Source of the DNA: Lytechinus pictus
Lineage: Eukaryota
Assembly: GCF_037042905.1 (NCBI RefSeq)
Contig: NC_087251.1
Coordinates: 26,042,001 to 26,106,000, forward strand
DNA: 64,000 nt
Reading direction: 5' to 3'
Shown: in pieces, positions 18,466-31,928 of the stretch
Numbering within the stretch: the first letter of the stretch is position 1
Layout: each line of letters begins with the position of its first letter
Program-made: the position numbers and the translations under genes
Notes under the pieces: generated by a model
What the model saw: only the letters and a program-made list of their open reading frames with translations
Told to the model about the DNA's origin: nothing
Databases searched by the model: none

Positions 18466-21400
18466 CTTTATAGGGCAGAAAAGGATAAAGAGTGTTATTC
18501 AAATATAGCAAAATGATCAAGAAAATGAGTGTGTACGTGACTATAAAAAAAGAATATTGATGATACAACAGATTTAGTTTATATGCTAAAGAAAAGATCA
18601 GTTGACACAATCTACTTCTCCAAATCAACATACATGTAGAACATATCAGATCCTGAAGTGAAATACCGATGTCCCATATTGATGTATACTCCCTTTCTTT
18701 AGACAATGATTTCAAGTTCGGTGTTGACCTTTTGGTGTTTGTGTTAGGTCAATTTTAACATGATTATAACGCCAAACATAACATGAAGATGGTCCCGAAA
18801 AGTCACTCACTAGTTATTGAGAAGTCAATAATGTGATCTGGATCAGTTTTACAAAATCTGAATAAGTTTTAGAGCTGGGGGAAGCAATACAAATTTCAAC
18901 ACCAACACCAAGGCCAACACCGGACTTGAATTCCCCCAATGGATTCAAATAATTATTAAGGGTCAATCTAAAAATGAGACTGGAGGAACGCTTGATTTGG
19001 CCGATTTGATTACTTTCAGCTGGGTCCCTTATTTACACTTGGGAATTTTGAGAGTAGGGGAATGCCATGCAGAGACTTATTGGTTAAATAAGTGCATAAA
19101 GGGGGGTCAAATAAAGGGGTAGTTTTTAAAGACTGGTCAATGGTCAATCGCAGGGTCAAACGTATTTAGGATATGCTTTTTTCTAAAGCTTTTTTTTTTA
19201 AGACTAGCCAAACGTGTTTAGGGTATTTTTTTCCCCCAAAGCTTTTTCCCGGGGTCATATGGCGACAACTTGTTTAGGGGCCAAAATGTGTAAATAAAGC
19301 CCGCGAAAAACTTGTTTAGGTGGTTATTTTGCACACAGGGGATGTTTGAAAAATAATTTGGCTACGCGTGTGTACAGTAATACATTTGACTGCCCCCCCC
19401 CCCCCTCCGGGGGATAGAATGATGGTTGATATCGCCAACTTCTATTATAGTTGAGACTGCAATCAGTCGTAATCACCACAATACAGGACCATGGAGTAAA
19501 TAATTGAAATAAGTTATTTTACTTTCCACAAGCTCTACATTTGATGGTCAGAAATTTATGTGATCTCATATGAAATCGATATTATCTAATTGCCACTGAT
19601 GAATCACAAGTAGAACTCAATAAACCTACCTTTAAGGGCTTCATTAAGGTAAGCTTGGTAGAATGTGACCCTTGCATCGTCTTCAAGGTTGAACTCATCC
19701 GGGGTAGAAACACCATTCTCAGTGATGTAGATGTCGATATCATCATACTCATTCTTGACCCAGTTTAGGAGACCTCTCAAACCCCAAGGAACTGGTCGGA
19801 GCCATTCAGAAGCAGACGTCGGCCAATTTTCCGGTTGGTTTCGCTCCACATCCTGCAGAGGTAATACATTGTAATATAAATGAATTGACTTTCATGACGA
19901 AGTGATGTGCGCTGGGTTTCTAGCTGAATTCAGAACGTAGTAGGCCTATGATTTATGTTAAAATGATCCTTGAGTCACACTTTGGCCCGAATTCACAACA
20001 ACGGTGGTTTTTAAAACCATCGGTTGAACCTATGGTTTATGCAGATTGTCTGTATAATACAATCGTATCATCTGCATAAAGAAGTGTAAATAAATCTAAA
20101 CATATTCTCTTCGTCAGTAAAAACAAGTTCATTAACAGCTAAAGAAAGAGAATCAAGGCTTGGGTACCTCTGAGATAAAAAAAAAAAAAAGTCATTTAAA
20201 AACAACGAAAACAATTTAGGCGACAAATTTTCACCCTGTTTTACAACTATTTTTGTTTTGAAAAAAATCTGATTTAAATTGTCACATGAAACGTAGGACT
20301 TCGACTTTTTATAAATGTCTTTAATTACACGCAGCAATTTCCATTAATTCCATGTTGAATTAATTTCAACCATAATGATGATCTATCATCAAATCATTTT
20401 TTTATAATCAACAAAAGCTGTGTACACTCTTTTCCTTCTCTAAAAATACCAGTCAATAATGGCGTGTAATGAAAATTTTTTATCCATGGTGGAATAACTA
20501 CTCTTAAAATCAGTTTGTTCTTCACCGAGCAAGCTTTGAGAATAATGAAAATGGTTATTCAATCATTTAACACCGCTGTGAATAGCTTTCCAACGCAACT
20601 TAATAATGCGATCCCCCTATAAATGTCTACACCAGCGAGTCTCAACCGGTGGGCCGCGAATTAGCTCTCTCCGGTGGGCCGCGAAAAGTTCCAGAGGAAT
20701 AAAAAAAATAGGGAAAATGTATTATTTCATGTCCGAAAATGTTTTGTTTGATCGGTCTTTGTGTGTCAAACAAAGCTGGGGCACGCTTTGATCATGCAAT
20801 GCATGTTTCGATAAACATGCACATGATGGTTTCGATCTAACTTTGATGTGAACCTCTCAGGCCTCATGTGCATGCATATTTTGTTTGCAGTTAATTGTCG
20901 CCCTCTGCGAATGCAGTCAGTTCTCAAACTCTCTATTTCGAATGTGCTTGAGCTTTATATTCAAATTTCACGAAACATCAAATAGACGACCGTGTTTTAG
21001 AGCGAAAGGGTGAGGGAGGAAACACATCTACTGTTGGAAAGTCTCAGAAGGAAACTGTAAGAAAATATTACCCTGAATACATTAAGTTTGAATTCATCAT
21101 GACTGGCAGTCATGATGCTGTTTCAATTGCTTAATTACTTCCGATATATCAATCACCCTGTCCAATTCCTATGTTGAAAAATCTTTATACAGATATGTTA
21201 CAGAATCATTATTGCTTGATGTTACGTTACCACTACCTAAACTTTTGAAATGAACAAAAAAAATTGTCTATTCATGATGCATAGACTGTACTTTACAATG
21301 ATGACCAATCATAATGTTACGGTGTGAAAAAAGAGAAAATTTAAATAGGTTGAAATGTACAAAACTATGTATGGCTACTTTCACAGTCATAATCTAAAGC

Positions 21401-24400
21401 TTAAAGCATAACTCCACAACCTCCACGGTGATACCTTATACTTGGGCCTCTAAAATCAAACACAAAGTCATGAAGGAATTAATGTTTAATTATTGAATTT
21501 CATTTTTATGCTAGTTTTTCTGATTTCTTTGGTAAAAGTCCCTTCTAACATGGATCAATACAAGAAATCTACAAAACCTGACATCCGAATCTCACCTGGT
21601 CACCCTCATAATTGGGATCTCCTGATGTAACTTTATGTTTGCACACGGTCGTAGTGTAGCTGTTCAGCCCAAAGAAGTCTCCTGTACCCTTGATGTACTG
21701 TTTCTCCTCCTCAGTGAACTCTGGAAGACGAGACTCGGGAAGACCTTGCTCCTGACTCTTGTTACCGACCTGCCACTTCATCACATCTGGATAGTCACCG
21801 TTCTTCAATATTGGGTGCGCGAACCTTCAAAATGACATAAAAAGGTATCATTAAGTCTTCAAGGAGACAAAATTTTGAAATTGAATATTGAGAATGGTTT
21901 ATGAATTATTTACCAAGACTTAACTCTTTACGAATAATATTGATGTATCAAATAAGCTAGTGCTAAGACAAGCTTTGATTAGAAGAGGAAAGCGGAAGAT
22001 GGAGAGAATATTAAAAATCGTAAGATTAATAAAACAACCGTTTCCACATTCTAACAAACACTGATTGGATGTGTTTCATCGGGCAATTTACGCCTCAAGA
22101 TATTGCATCTCGTAATTACCACCGCACTCTAAAAAATATTGGGTAAAAATGCTCCATGAGGGTAATTGTGTATCCAACCAACATTGGGCATTTCTTTTGG
22201 GCATTTTTATTTATCCAGTGTGATGACAATTTTGCTAATTTTAAAATAATTGCTGCTTATTTTTTAACCTTATTGGACAATATGCTTCCCGCATTGGGTA
22301 AAACACTGCCCCAAATTGGTTTGATACGTAATTACCCTCGTGCTGGTAAAAATTTTGCCCAATATTTTTAACAGTGCGTGAATGCTAATTCATGAAGGCT
22401 ATAGCGCCATGTGATCCAAATAAAGGAATGTGTATACGGGTCTGAGGATAGAAACTCCACCTAATAGTTCAAACAGGCAAAATTGTGGACTGTGACTGGA
22501 TACATACCATCCTGCTGTGAACTGCATGTATCTTACAGCAGCTCCGATGTCCTCTTCATTCTCAGGGTCTTTTGGTTGTCCAAAGTCGGTACTAAGGGTG
22601 ATGGAGACCTTGCCACCATATTGAGAAAAGTAGTTATTTTTGTAGGTGTTGTATGCTTTTGCATGGGCCTTGATGATAGTATGGGCTGCACGGTATGGAG
22701 CGTATCCAGGGCTGACTATACCAGGGGCGAAGACGCCTATCCCATAACCGAGCCATGTCACCACATAGGGTTCGTTGAACGTAATCCAGATATTAACCTA
22801 ATAAAAAAGATAATTAGTTGGATTAATTATTAAGAGTATGATGAGCTGAAAATGTACAATTCCTGCCAAATGCATTATCAAGTCTATTTTATTTTTATTT
22901 GTTTTATCAAGAAGATTGAGATTTTCTACCGGCGCCCGCCTCAAGCATCCGGGGGTTCTCCAGATTGTTCCTCTGGAATCTCTCGATCTAGAAGCTCTCG
23001 GTGAGCACTCTTGGAAATCTCTGGAATTTCCCTAGAAGCTATCTGAGAGCTCTCTGTGAGCACGTTTGGAGATCTCTGGAATCTCTTTAGAAGCTCCCTG
23101 AGAGCTCTCTGTGAGAACTCTTGGAGATCTCTGGAATTTCTCTAGAAGCTCTCTGAGAGCTCTATAATAGGGGCTCTGTGTGAGCAATTTTTGAGATATC
23201 TGAAATTTCTCTAGAAGCTCTCTGAGAGCTCTGTGAGCACTCTTAGAGATCTCTGCAATCTTCCTAGAAGCTATCTGATATTTCTACAAGAGCTCTCTGT
23301 AAACTCTGTGAGTACTCTTGGAGATCTGTGGAATCCCTCTAGAAGCTCCCTACAATTCCTGCCAAATGCATTATCAAGTCTATTTTATTTTTATTTGTTT
23401 TATCAAGAAGATTGAGATTTTCTATACCGGCGCCAGCCTCAAGCATCCACGGTTTCTCCAGAGTGTTCCTCTACGAGCTCACTGGAAGCTTTCTAGAATC
23501 TCTCGATCTAGAAGCTCTGTGAGCACACTTGGAAATTTCTGGAACTTCCCTAGAAGCTCTCTGAGAGCTATCTGTGAGCACGTTTGGAGATCTCTGGAAT
23601 TTCCCTAGAAGCTCTCTGAGAGCTCTCTGTGAGCACGTTTGGAGGTCTCTGGAATCTCTCTAGAAGCTCTCTGAGAGTTCTCTGTGAGAACTCTTGGAGA
23701 TCTCTGGAATTTCTCTAGAAGCTCCCTGAGAGCTCTGGGAGCACTCTTGGGAATCTCTGGAATAGAGGCTCCCTGAGTGCTCTATAGGAACTATTTTTGA
23801 GCACTCTTGGAGATCTCTGAAATCTTCCTAGAAGCTATCTGATATTTCTACAAGACCTCTCTGTAAACTCCGTGTGACTACTCTTGGAGATCTGTGGAAT
23901 ATCTCTAGAAGCTCCCTTGGAGCTCTATGAGAGTTCTCTGGAAGATCTCCCCGGAATCTCACCGGAAGAATAAGTTACCACGACGTGAGACCGTGACGAA
24001 AGACAAGAATTTAATCAAATAAATGAATAAAATGGGGTAAATATGAAGAAGAGTAAAGAAGGAGGACATGGGTCACTGCTATATACGGTAGGCTGTTTTA
24101 AGAACATTATTTTAGCACAACTTAATAGGATTTAGTTGTGCTAAAATAATGTTCTAAATTAGTAGGGGAAAAATATAATTGAGGAAGGTGTTGGAAGGAG
24201 GAGAACCCTGTGATGTCGGCAACTTACATGGAGAGGGGTGAAAGATCCGGGAAGGGCACTCTGGAGAAGGCTTTATTGCCTGATTGTAACAATAATTAAT
24301 TTAAAAATTGACAGATGAAGATTATCGGTCAAAGAGTAAGAGGAAAATAGTACAGAAGGGTTTTAATTTTTTTTTTAAAGGAAAAATATAACATCTTTAT

Positions 24401-25681
24401 CACTGAAGCAGAGGCGGGGAAATGTGGCTAGCAATATATAAGTTGAACCGACTGATTTAGTCGGGATATAGCCTATATCTTCAGTCAGTGTTTTACCAAT
24501 TTTATGAGGCCTATAAATTCAGAGCCTGATAAATCTCGACATGAACTTTATAGGCCTATAATATGTGGCGTAGTGGCACAAATGCATTTCTCCTGATCAA
24601 ACCACGGATATTTTTTTTTACTTTGACCAGCGTTTCTCTCCCTTCTATCGAATTCAATTACACTCCCTATATTCCTTCCACTTAATTACTTTTTATTTCT
24701 TATTTTTTATCACTTCTACAAAACCATGGGCGGATGCCCACAATGCTCCATTTCTTATGTCATGTGTGGAGTGCCGCCTTGTTTCTTATGAATATATTTT
24801 TAAATTCTGGTATTTTACTTTGGGAAAAACTATTTTAGCTCTGGTGACATTGCTTCTTTTTGTGGCGTACTTGCGTTTGGAGGTAGAGCTCTCTTTATAG
24901 TGCAACATTATAGAGAATTTATTTCTGTCATATCAAAACAACCAGATGTTAAAGCAAATTTGATAAAACATATTACGTTATAATCGATTGTCTATCTACT
25001 GAAGCTTCTTGGTATTTTGTGGGGGGGGGGGTAGGAACAAAGTTTTGTTTTTCTTTCTATCACAGCCCTCGTATATAATATTCTTACCTTAGAAGCATAT
25101 TCAGCGAAGCACAAATTGGCATAGTCGTTGAACAAGTCGGCCAGAGTGTCATTCTCCCATCCACCGTAATCATCCTGGAGTACCTGAGGAAGGTCCCAGT
25201 GGTAGAGGGTGACCACGGGTTCGATGTCGTTGGCAATGAGCTCGTCGATCAGATCGGTATAGTAATCTAAGCCAGCCTGGTTAATGCCGCCAGCAAGCGT
25301 GCCCTGGGGCAAGATCCTTGGCCACGAGATGGAGAAGCGGTAATGGGTCAGTCCGATGGCTTTAACCAGCTGGACGTCTTCGGTGTACTTATGGTAACTG
25401 TCGCAGGCGACGTCGCCGGTTTGGTTATTATAGATCCGGCCTTCGTGAGAGAAGGTATCCCAGATGCTCTCGCCTTTGCCGTCCTCGTTCCAACCTCCTT
25501 CGACCTGATAGGCGGAGGTGGCCGAACCCCAGGCAAAGCCATCCGGAAACTGCCCAGAGATTAAAGTGTCGCGTTCAGGATCGTCGAAGACATCAGGGTA
25601 CGAGAACTCCCCGCTGGTTAGATGCAGATATACTGTCAATATGATGAAAACGCTATTGATTTCTTTCTTATGGACAGCCAT
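18203..25681 (-). CDS. GH1 beta-glucosidase, lactase-phlorizin hydrolase-like, single domain; paralogue B (5 exons, about 532 aa)
   Basis: Exons 25681-25088, 22797-22508, 21824-21596, 19852-19630 and 18465-18203 join in frame (1599 nt). Intron positions and phases match paralogue A, and all GH1 motifs are intact. Confidence 0.95.
18711..18930. mobile_element. MITE
   Basis: TIR ttcaagttcggtgttgacctt ... aaggccaacaccggacttgaa. Confidence 0.65.
19630..19852 (-). CDS. GH1 paralogue B exon 4
   Basis: cag|[11 protein letters not shown]...YITENG...NEALK-G|gtaggt. Confidence 0.92.
20061..20570 (-). mobile_element. Degenerate non-LTR retrotransposon reverse-transcriptase fragment
   Basis: Frameshifted motifs [42 protein letters not shown] and LLYADDT. 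Confidence 0.85.
21596..21824 (-). CDS. GH1 paralogue B exon 3
   Basis: aag|[13 protein letters not shown]...YEGDQ|gtgaga. Confidence 0.92.
22125..22376. mobile_element. CACTA/EnSpm-like MITE
   Basis: Ends CACTCTAAAAAATATTGGG ... CCCAATATTTTTAACAGTG with a 2-bp duplication CG on both sides. Confidence 0.75.
22508..22797 (-). CDS. GH1 paralogue B exon 2
   Basis: tag|[15 protein letters not shown]...MQFTAG-TG|gtatgt. Confidence 0.93.
22856..23965. repeat. Tandem array of about 56 bp with a higher-order duplication of about 496 bp
   Basis: Unit ctctgtgagcactcttggagatctctggaatttctctagaagctctctgagagct. The unique lead-in acaattcctgccaaatgcattatcaag occurs at both 22856 and 23352. Confidence 0.9.
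25088..25681 (-). CDS. GH1 paralogue B exon 1
   Basis: MAVHKKEIN...FAEYASK|gtaaga. Confidence 0.93.
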
Positions 25682-25820
25682 GATTATAAGACGAAATTGA
25701 CCACAAATCTGTTAAAGCATATATATGCCCTATGGTGAAATATGCCCCGAGCGGACTTAGTATTGGATATGAATGTCTTTCAGAGATCTTTGGACTTTTG
25801 TAACTCTTGGGGTTGCAAAT

Positions 25821-25873
25821 CATAAGATAAAATAGTATTGACATTGAGGAGGGGGAGTATCCCGAATAAACAT
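25821..25873 (-). promoter_or_regulatory. GH1 B proximal upstream block conserved with paralogue A
   Basis: cataagataaaatagtattgacattgaggagggggagtatcccgaataaacat aligns with 12725-12776. Confidence 0.5.
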
Positions 25874-26188
25874 AATCCATCAACTTGTATGCCTATCAAA
25901 CAAAATCTATTCTGAGGGAGTATCTACTTTGTATATAGACTCGGTATTTCTGAACATGAAGGGGGAGTGAATACGTCTTTGAAAATATCCTTTTAAACAA
26001 ATGAAGTCAGTGTGAAATAAATGGACCGGTGTATATGCAAGACCGGAAATCTCTCCCCGAAGGTAGGGGGGACCAGGGCCGGATCCAGCTCACGCCAATA
26101 GCCGGGGGGCCGAAATTTTTTTTCACCCATATTCTCCCCGATCGGCCGCTCAAAGTTGATTTTTGTTTGTTTCTTTGAAGGGGTTGTC

Positions 26189-27900
26189 CCAGTGGCGTAA
26201 TGAGCCAAAAAAATTTGAGGGTGCTCGATGCGGTGTATGACGTAAAATCAATAAGTTGCGAGCGTGCGAAGCGAGTGAGCAAAAATTTCAACATTTTTAT
26301 TACAAAATCCAAAGTTTGTGATAGATTTTGACATGACGTTTGGAAAATAATAGACCTATATTTCACCCTTATCCCTATCCTTTTCTCTTTTTTTGGTCGT
26401 AAAAAATTGGGGGGGGGGGCAAAACGCCGATGTCCTAACAGTAATTTCTTAGCTTTATTCTTATCAAACAACATAAAAAAGTGTAATAATCTCATAAGCC
26501 CTATTTAAATAGTGCGAGCGCGAAGCGCGAGCTGAAAAATTTTGACATTCCGGTCCAAAAAAATCTAAGCACTTTTTGTAATCATTATCGGTATAGCTAG
26601 GTATAAAACTAAACAATTTATGCGAGCGCGAAGCGCGAGCGGAAAAATTGAGATTTCAGACCTAAGAAAGGGACACTCTATTCATGTTTTGTAAATCATG
26701 AAAAAAGATGGGAAATTTGGTATTTTCCTACATTGCGAGTAGAAAATTTTTGATATTCTGATCTGAAACTGGATAATTTTAGCACGTTTTTTGAATAAAG
26801 ATCAAGCTGCGTATCTTAATAAACATGTGCGCGCGTGTTTTATAGTTAGGCAGAATCTGGGCATTCTAAATACATTTCATTTTTTTTTATGAAAATCAAT
26901 AATGCGAGCGCGAAGCGCGAGCGGAAAATACTTGATATTCCGGTTTGGAAAGGGTGAATTTAAGCACCATCTAAAGCACTGTGTAGGGAAATTGTGAAGT
27001 GGATATGGATAGCACTTAATAAATGATGCGAGTGCGAAGCGCGAGCTGATATTTTTTTTACTATTTTGACCTGAGACCTGGACATTCTATAGGCCTAAGG
27101 ACATTTTGTCATCATATGAAAATGATGACTATCCTATTTCTCTTCCTAAGCGCGAAATGAAACTTGTCGATATTCCTTTCTGAAAAGGGGACAATTTTGT
27201 TATTAGGAATTCATGAAAATTTTATCTATCGTATTTATTAATGTTATAAGCATAATGAGTGAGTGAAATTTGTTGACATTGAGGCCTGAAAACTGGATAT
27301 TTTAAGCACCTTTGTAATCATGAATAAGATTTATGAGTTGATATATTTTCAACAATAATGCTAGCGCAAATCGCGAGACGAAATTCTTGATAAACTGTCA
27401 TAAAAGGGGGATTTTAAGTAATTTGTTATAGAATTAATATATAAAGAATCTTATGGAATAAACAAAGACAACATGTAGGCCTACTTGGCAAATCAAATCA
27501 TGCGAGCGCACAGCGCAAAAAGCTGCAAATTATATATACACAATAAACAGACATTTTACAGAGCACTTAAAAAAAATCAATGTGTAAATTAAAGAAAATA
27601 ATGAAAGCTCGATGTCCGAGCTAAAATATGCATTGTAAATTTTAAAAACTGATATTTAAGCTACATATCAGCCTATTGAGCAAGATATGTATTTCATCGA
27701 ACAGGCTATGCGAGCGCAAAGCGCGAGCAAAAATTTAATATAATGACATGAAATATATTTTCAAATCATTTTCCAAGTCTTCCCTTAACCTCATTTTATT
27801 TACTCGTCTCCCTCTTATTTTTCCTCTTTTTTCCCTCTTTTTCCCCTTCTTTTTCTTTTTTCTCTCTTTCCCCCTTTTTTCCATTTTTGTTTTGCTATAC
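26189..27900 (+). repeat. Degenerate array carrying TGCGAGCGCGAAGCGCGAGC motifs
   Basis: Motif at about 26257, 26514, 26621, 26903, 27027, 27360, 27501 and 27709; begins with cagtggcgtaatgagccaaaa. Related pieces lie near 750, 1145, 2390, 33860 and 35860-35960. Confidence 0.7.
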
Positions 27901-28971
27901 GCCAATAGGAGGGGGGGCCAAAAGGTAAGGTCATCTCCTCCAAAATACTTGTATTATTTCGATTTTTAATGATGTATTTCTTTCCATCATAAAATACCAA
28001 AAATAGTAGGGGGACAATTGATATTGTGTCCCCCTTACTATTTTGGGTAGGGGGACGCGTCCCCCTGTCCCCCCTGGGATTTCCGCCCATGGGTGTATGA
28101 AGAGCAAATAAAAAAGATAATGAAATGCATCTGCTCTTTCTAGTCTAAACGAAGGAGTAAAAGGAGTAGTTTTCTTGTTATGAAGGGACAAAGTAAACTG
28201 ATGAAACTTTAAGTGCCCTATTCTTTAGACCCATCTTTCTGTTCTGAGTCCTCTCTAATAGGTCCTCTGGGAAAGAGAAAGAATCATATTCCATATAGTT
28301 TTTTTTTATATCATAGAGCAGAAGCCTATAAAAAACTAGCAAAGTGAAAAGGTTGTCTGGTCGGCAAGATAATCAAGGGTAATCCTAAAGAAAAATAAAG
28401 TTAAAAAAAATATAGTTGGAATCATGTCTCTTTGGGGATCACCCCCTTTCAGTCATCACTTTTAACCCAAATGGTGTGTCTTTTTCTAAGAATAATATAT
28501 GTAGAGGTTGAATAATAGTTATTTGATGTTAGCACTATAGGGTTTACATGTACGTAATGCCATAAATTCAATAATAATAAAGTTTGTCTTTCAGTCTTTC
28601 GTAAAACCTAGTACGAGGAGTTGATATGGTTGGTTTGTTACTGGTCAGAGTCAATCCCTGATAGCGTAAGGATTGTTCTGTGATCGTCCTAAATGCAATT
28701 CGGGACCCTAATCTCAGTAGAAGGTGGACAACAGGGGCTGCAACAGTATACTCTGAAAGGTGGTGGGCAAGACGAATCCCCTCCTCCAGATAGAGTTATA
28801 CATCACAGGGGTAACACGATCAATACCTTTCTTTTATGTTCTTTTCCTTCTATCTTTCCTTTTCATCCTCTTTTTCTTCCTTCCCTTCATTTTTTCTACT
28901 ATATAATACTTGAGAAAAAAATTATAATAACAGGATCGGTCGCCGCCCTGTCACCTCTTGTAGCACCGCCC

Positions 28972-30216
28972 CACAGTGGGCCGGGGCGAAACAAAAGTGC
29001 GCCAAAAGTCATTTTGGGCAATTTCAGTTTTTTTATTTTTGTCAAGCCCAGCTGAAAGACAACACTTTGAAGAATACTTCAGCAAAATATTTCATTCTGG
29101 AATTTGCATGAAGGTTGTTAATTTCCTACCTCAAATCGTAAAATGTCACATTTTGCGAAATGCCGCGTATATGACAACTTAGTTAAAAAACGAGTCATTT
29201 CACAGGAGGTTTTTCATGTAGGAATCTGAAATGGCACCCACATAATTCTGATATATTCTTTTTTTTTCGTGTGAAAGGGTTCAAAGTAGATAAAAGACAC
29301 ATTTCAGGAGGTTTATAGGATAATCATTCCTCGAAATAGGCTGATAATCCATGTTTTTTGCAATTACATTAGAAACGTTTGGATTTCCGTGGATTTCAGT
29401 TTAGATTCTATCATCATTATTTTGCCAGATGTCTAAGCTTTAAGTCGATACCAAATTTAGCTGCCCGATTTTGTCCGTTTTCATGTTAGAGCTGATTTTA
29501 CTTGACACAACACCCCCAAAACATGTTAAAAACGGTCATTTTTATACCGCGCAGTCATCGCATGCAGCGCACAGTGTGGGGTGTACATTGCCGTTTATTT
29601 GTGCATGGCGAGGACGATTCCCCTTCCATTCCATGAAAATTACATGAATTCCGGGCATAATGCAAACAAAATAAAGGTTGATAACGCATAAGGGCTACCC
29701 GCCCCTCTTCCAGAGATAAAAGTTACTTGTAGAATAATTTCAGCAAAAAACCCTCCTCATAGTAAAACATTTGTGGTGTTATATACTCTGCGTTTTACCC
29801 AAGTCTACACCGCTTGATAAAGACCGGTTAGTAATATTTTTCAAATTATTAATTTTCTTTTTAATCTAATGATCATTTTGATGCCATACAATTATTTTCA
29901 GGATCTCATACACACTTTTAAGGCATGTGAGAAGCATAAACCAACATTCACTCTGGTCAAATCTTAAAGTAACACATAACACAAAGTTTATTTTTTATAC
30001 TGCACATTGTTTAGCGTAATTTGTATTTTCACAGATAGGTTTTAAGTAGCCAATCATAATTTGGTATCAAAGTGACGTCATATCGGCTTTAAATTATAAT
30101 TATGTTCAGTCGATTCTACGCCCAAAATTACCCTGAATCAACATGTTAAAGTAAAAACATAACACGGAATATTATAATTATTGTGGCGCACTTTCAACTC
30201 ATTCTGGCCCACTGTG
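28972..30216. mobile_element. Non-autonomous Transib/RAG-transposon-like element
   Basis: Both ends read CACAGTGGGCC-N11-AAAGTGCGCCA; perfect 5-bp duplication CGCCC at 28967-28971 and 30217-30221; no transposase ORF. Confidence 0.85.
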
Positions 30217-31928
30217 CGCCCCTGATGGATTCTCGGAAGAGGTTTGAATGGTACCATGGCATAAACACCATGGACTATGCATACTTTTGTAAATAATAAT
30301 GCTTATTTTATCCCGTACACTATAGAAAAATCAAATTAAATGAAAAGTAGGCTTACATATACTTTTTATGACGAAATCAGGGCGAAGGGGTAGTATATTC
30401 AGAGTGTATGCATTTTGAAATAGAATATTTGGTGCATTATTTTAGGGAAAACTTGAACAAATACATGTTTAGGGTTTCTGAATTATAAAGATGATTAGGG
30501 TCCATTTTGAAAGCCAGTGGGTGTCCAATTCGTGACAGCCCCCCCACACACACACACACACTCCGTCATAACGTATACAATCGGAACCAAACAAACCAAG
30601 AACTTGAAAACGGGTCTAAGAAGAATGGAAACCATAAAGCATGCGCAATATTGGAAACATTAATATGTACACAAAAGGGCGTTGGCGTTATAAGTAAAAT
30701 ATTGACGGGTCAGAACATGGCGAATGGGTGCATTCACTTATTTTCTTTACAGCCCCTTTACTCTGCCGACTGTCTAGTAATTATATTTAGTGAATTTAAA
30801 TAAATAGGGAGGGTGGGCTTTTATAAGCACGAGAGCCTAGCTGACACTGCTCGTCGGACCTTCATTTACATAATTTCAATGTATAACCAAATATACTTCA
30901 CTTGACACTAAAATGTACTTTCACGATATTGTAAAGTACTTGATTGGTATACATAATTAAGCGTTTTTGTTTTCGTTTTTTTTATAGATTTTTCAGTTTA
31001 GTTACTGTTCAATTCATAGTGCTCTTTAATTGTTTATAAAATAATTATTTTACACACCCTTTAAAAAAAAAAATCTCGAACAGAAAGATATGACATACTT
31101 TTCTTCTTATTTTAACGTTACTTGTTCTTAAGAAATATTCATGATGTACTTTCGACTTAGTTGAAGAATATTCTAACTCCATTCAACAATTGAAATAATT
31201 TCTTACTCTCGTGCAATATCTTAACTTGAATTAAAATTACTAAATTGAAGCAAGTCATAAAATTAATATTATACTTCAAAAATCAAGCAATATCAAATAC
31301 ACTTAATTTGTTAAATTAGTAAGACTTTATTATGTAACAATCTTTCTTTCCTTCCATGGTTTAACGGAAATATTTCGTTTAAAAAGTGAAATTTACATAA
31401 AAAGGCAAGGGAAATTACAATCGGTGTCCACATAATTCATATTTCCCCCTTTTCCTGTCGTTTATCGGTCGTAGATTATTTTAGGGGCAACTACCCCCCA
31501 AGACCCCTCCCCCACCCATTGTGTATGTCAGCTGGTTTTCGGGAAACGTTGTTCCCTGTGAATTTGTTGCCCCGCAACGTTCAGTGCTTGAATTATGTCA
31601 TGGAAATCGGTAGACTTTAAACCGTCAAATTGTGATAAGTGGTACTTATTATTCCTGATTGCTAAGACAGCATGTTCGTGAGCATTCATGTAATAGGTCC
31701 GATGCCCTCTCCGATAGAACATGTTGAGCTAGGGTAAATGCCATTAATGCCTTACCAAAGGGCACTTGCGCACTGATGAAACAAAATAATCGAGACCCTC
31801 TCTCTTCCAATATTGAACTTTTTAGAGAGGGGAGTGTTTACCTTTTCTATCGAAAAGCTATCATTCCAGGATGAAAGAGGTTGTGCCTTTTCGTTGTGAG
31901 GGCAATACTCTAAAAACAAAATTATGTG

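Noticed and set aside
20620..20700. Possible hAT-like terminus (cagcgagtctcaaccggtgggccgcg)
   Set aside because: No matching opposite end or TSD found, so it is not called as an element.
30175..30216. Right end of the Transib-like element as a true 23-RSS completing a 12/23 pair
   Set aside because: The nearest nonamer-like word (ACAATAATT) is 25 bp from the heptamer and weak, and the conserved inner block is equidistant at both ends, so the ends are symmetric.
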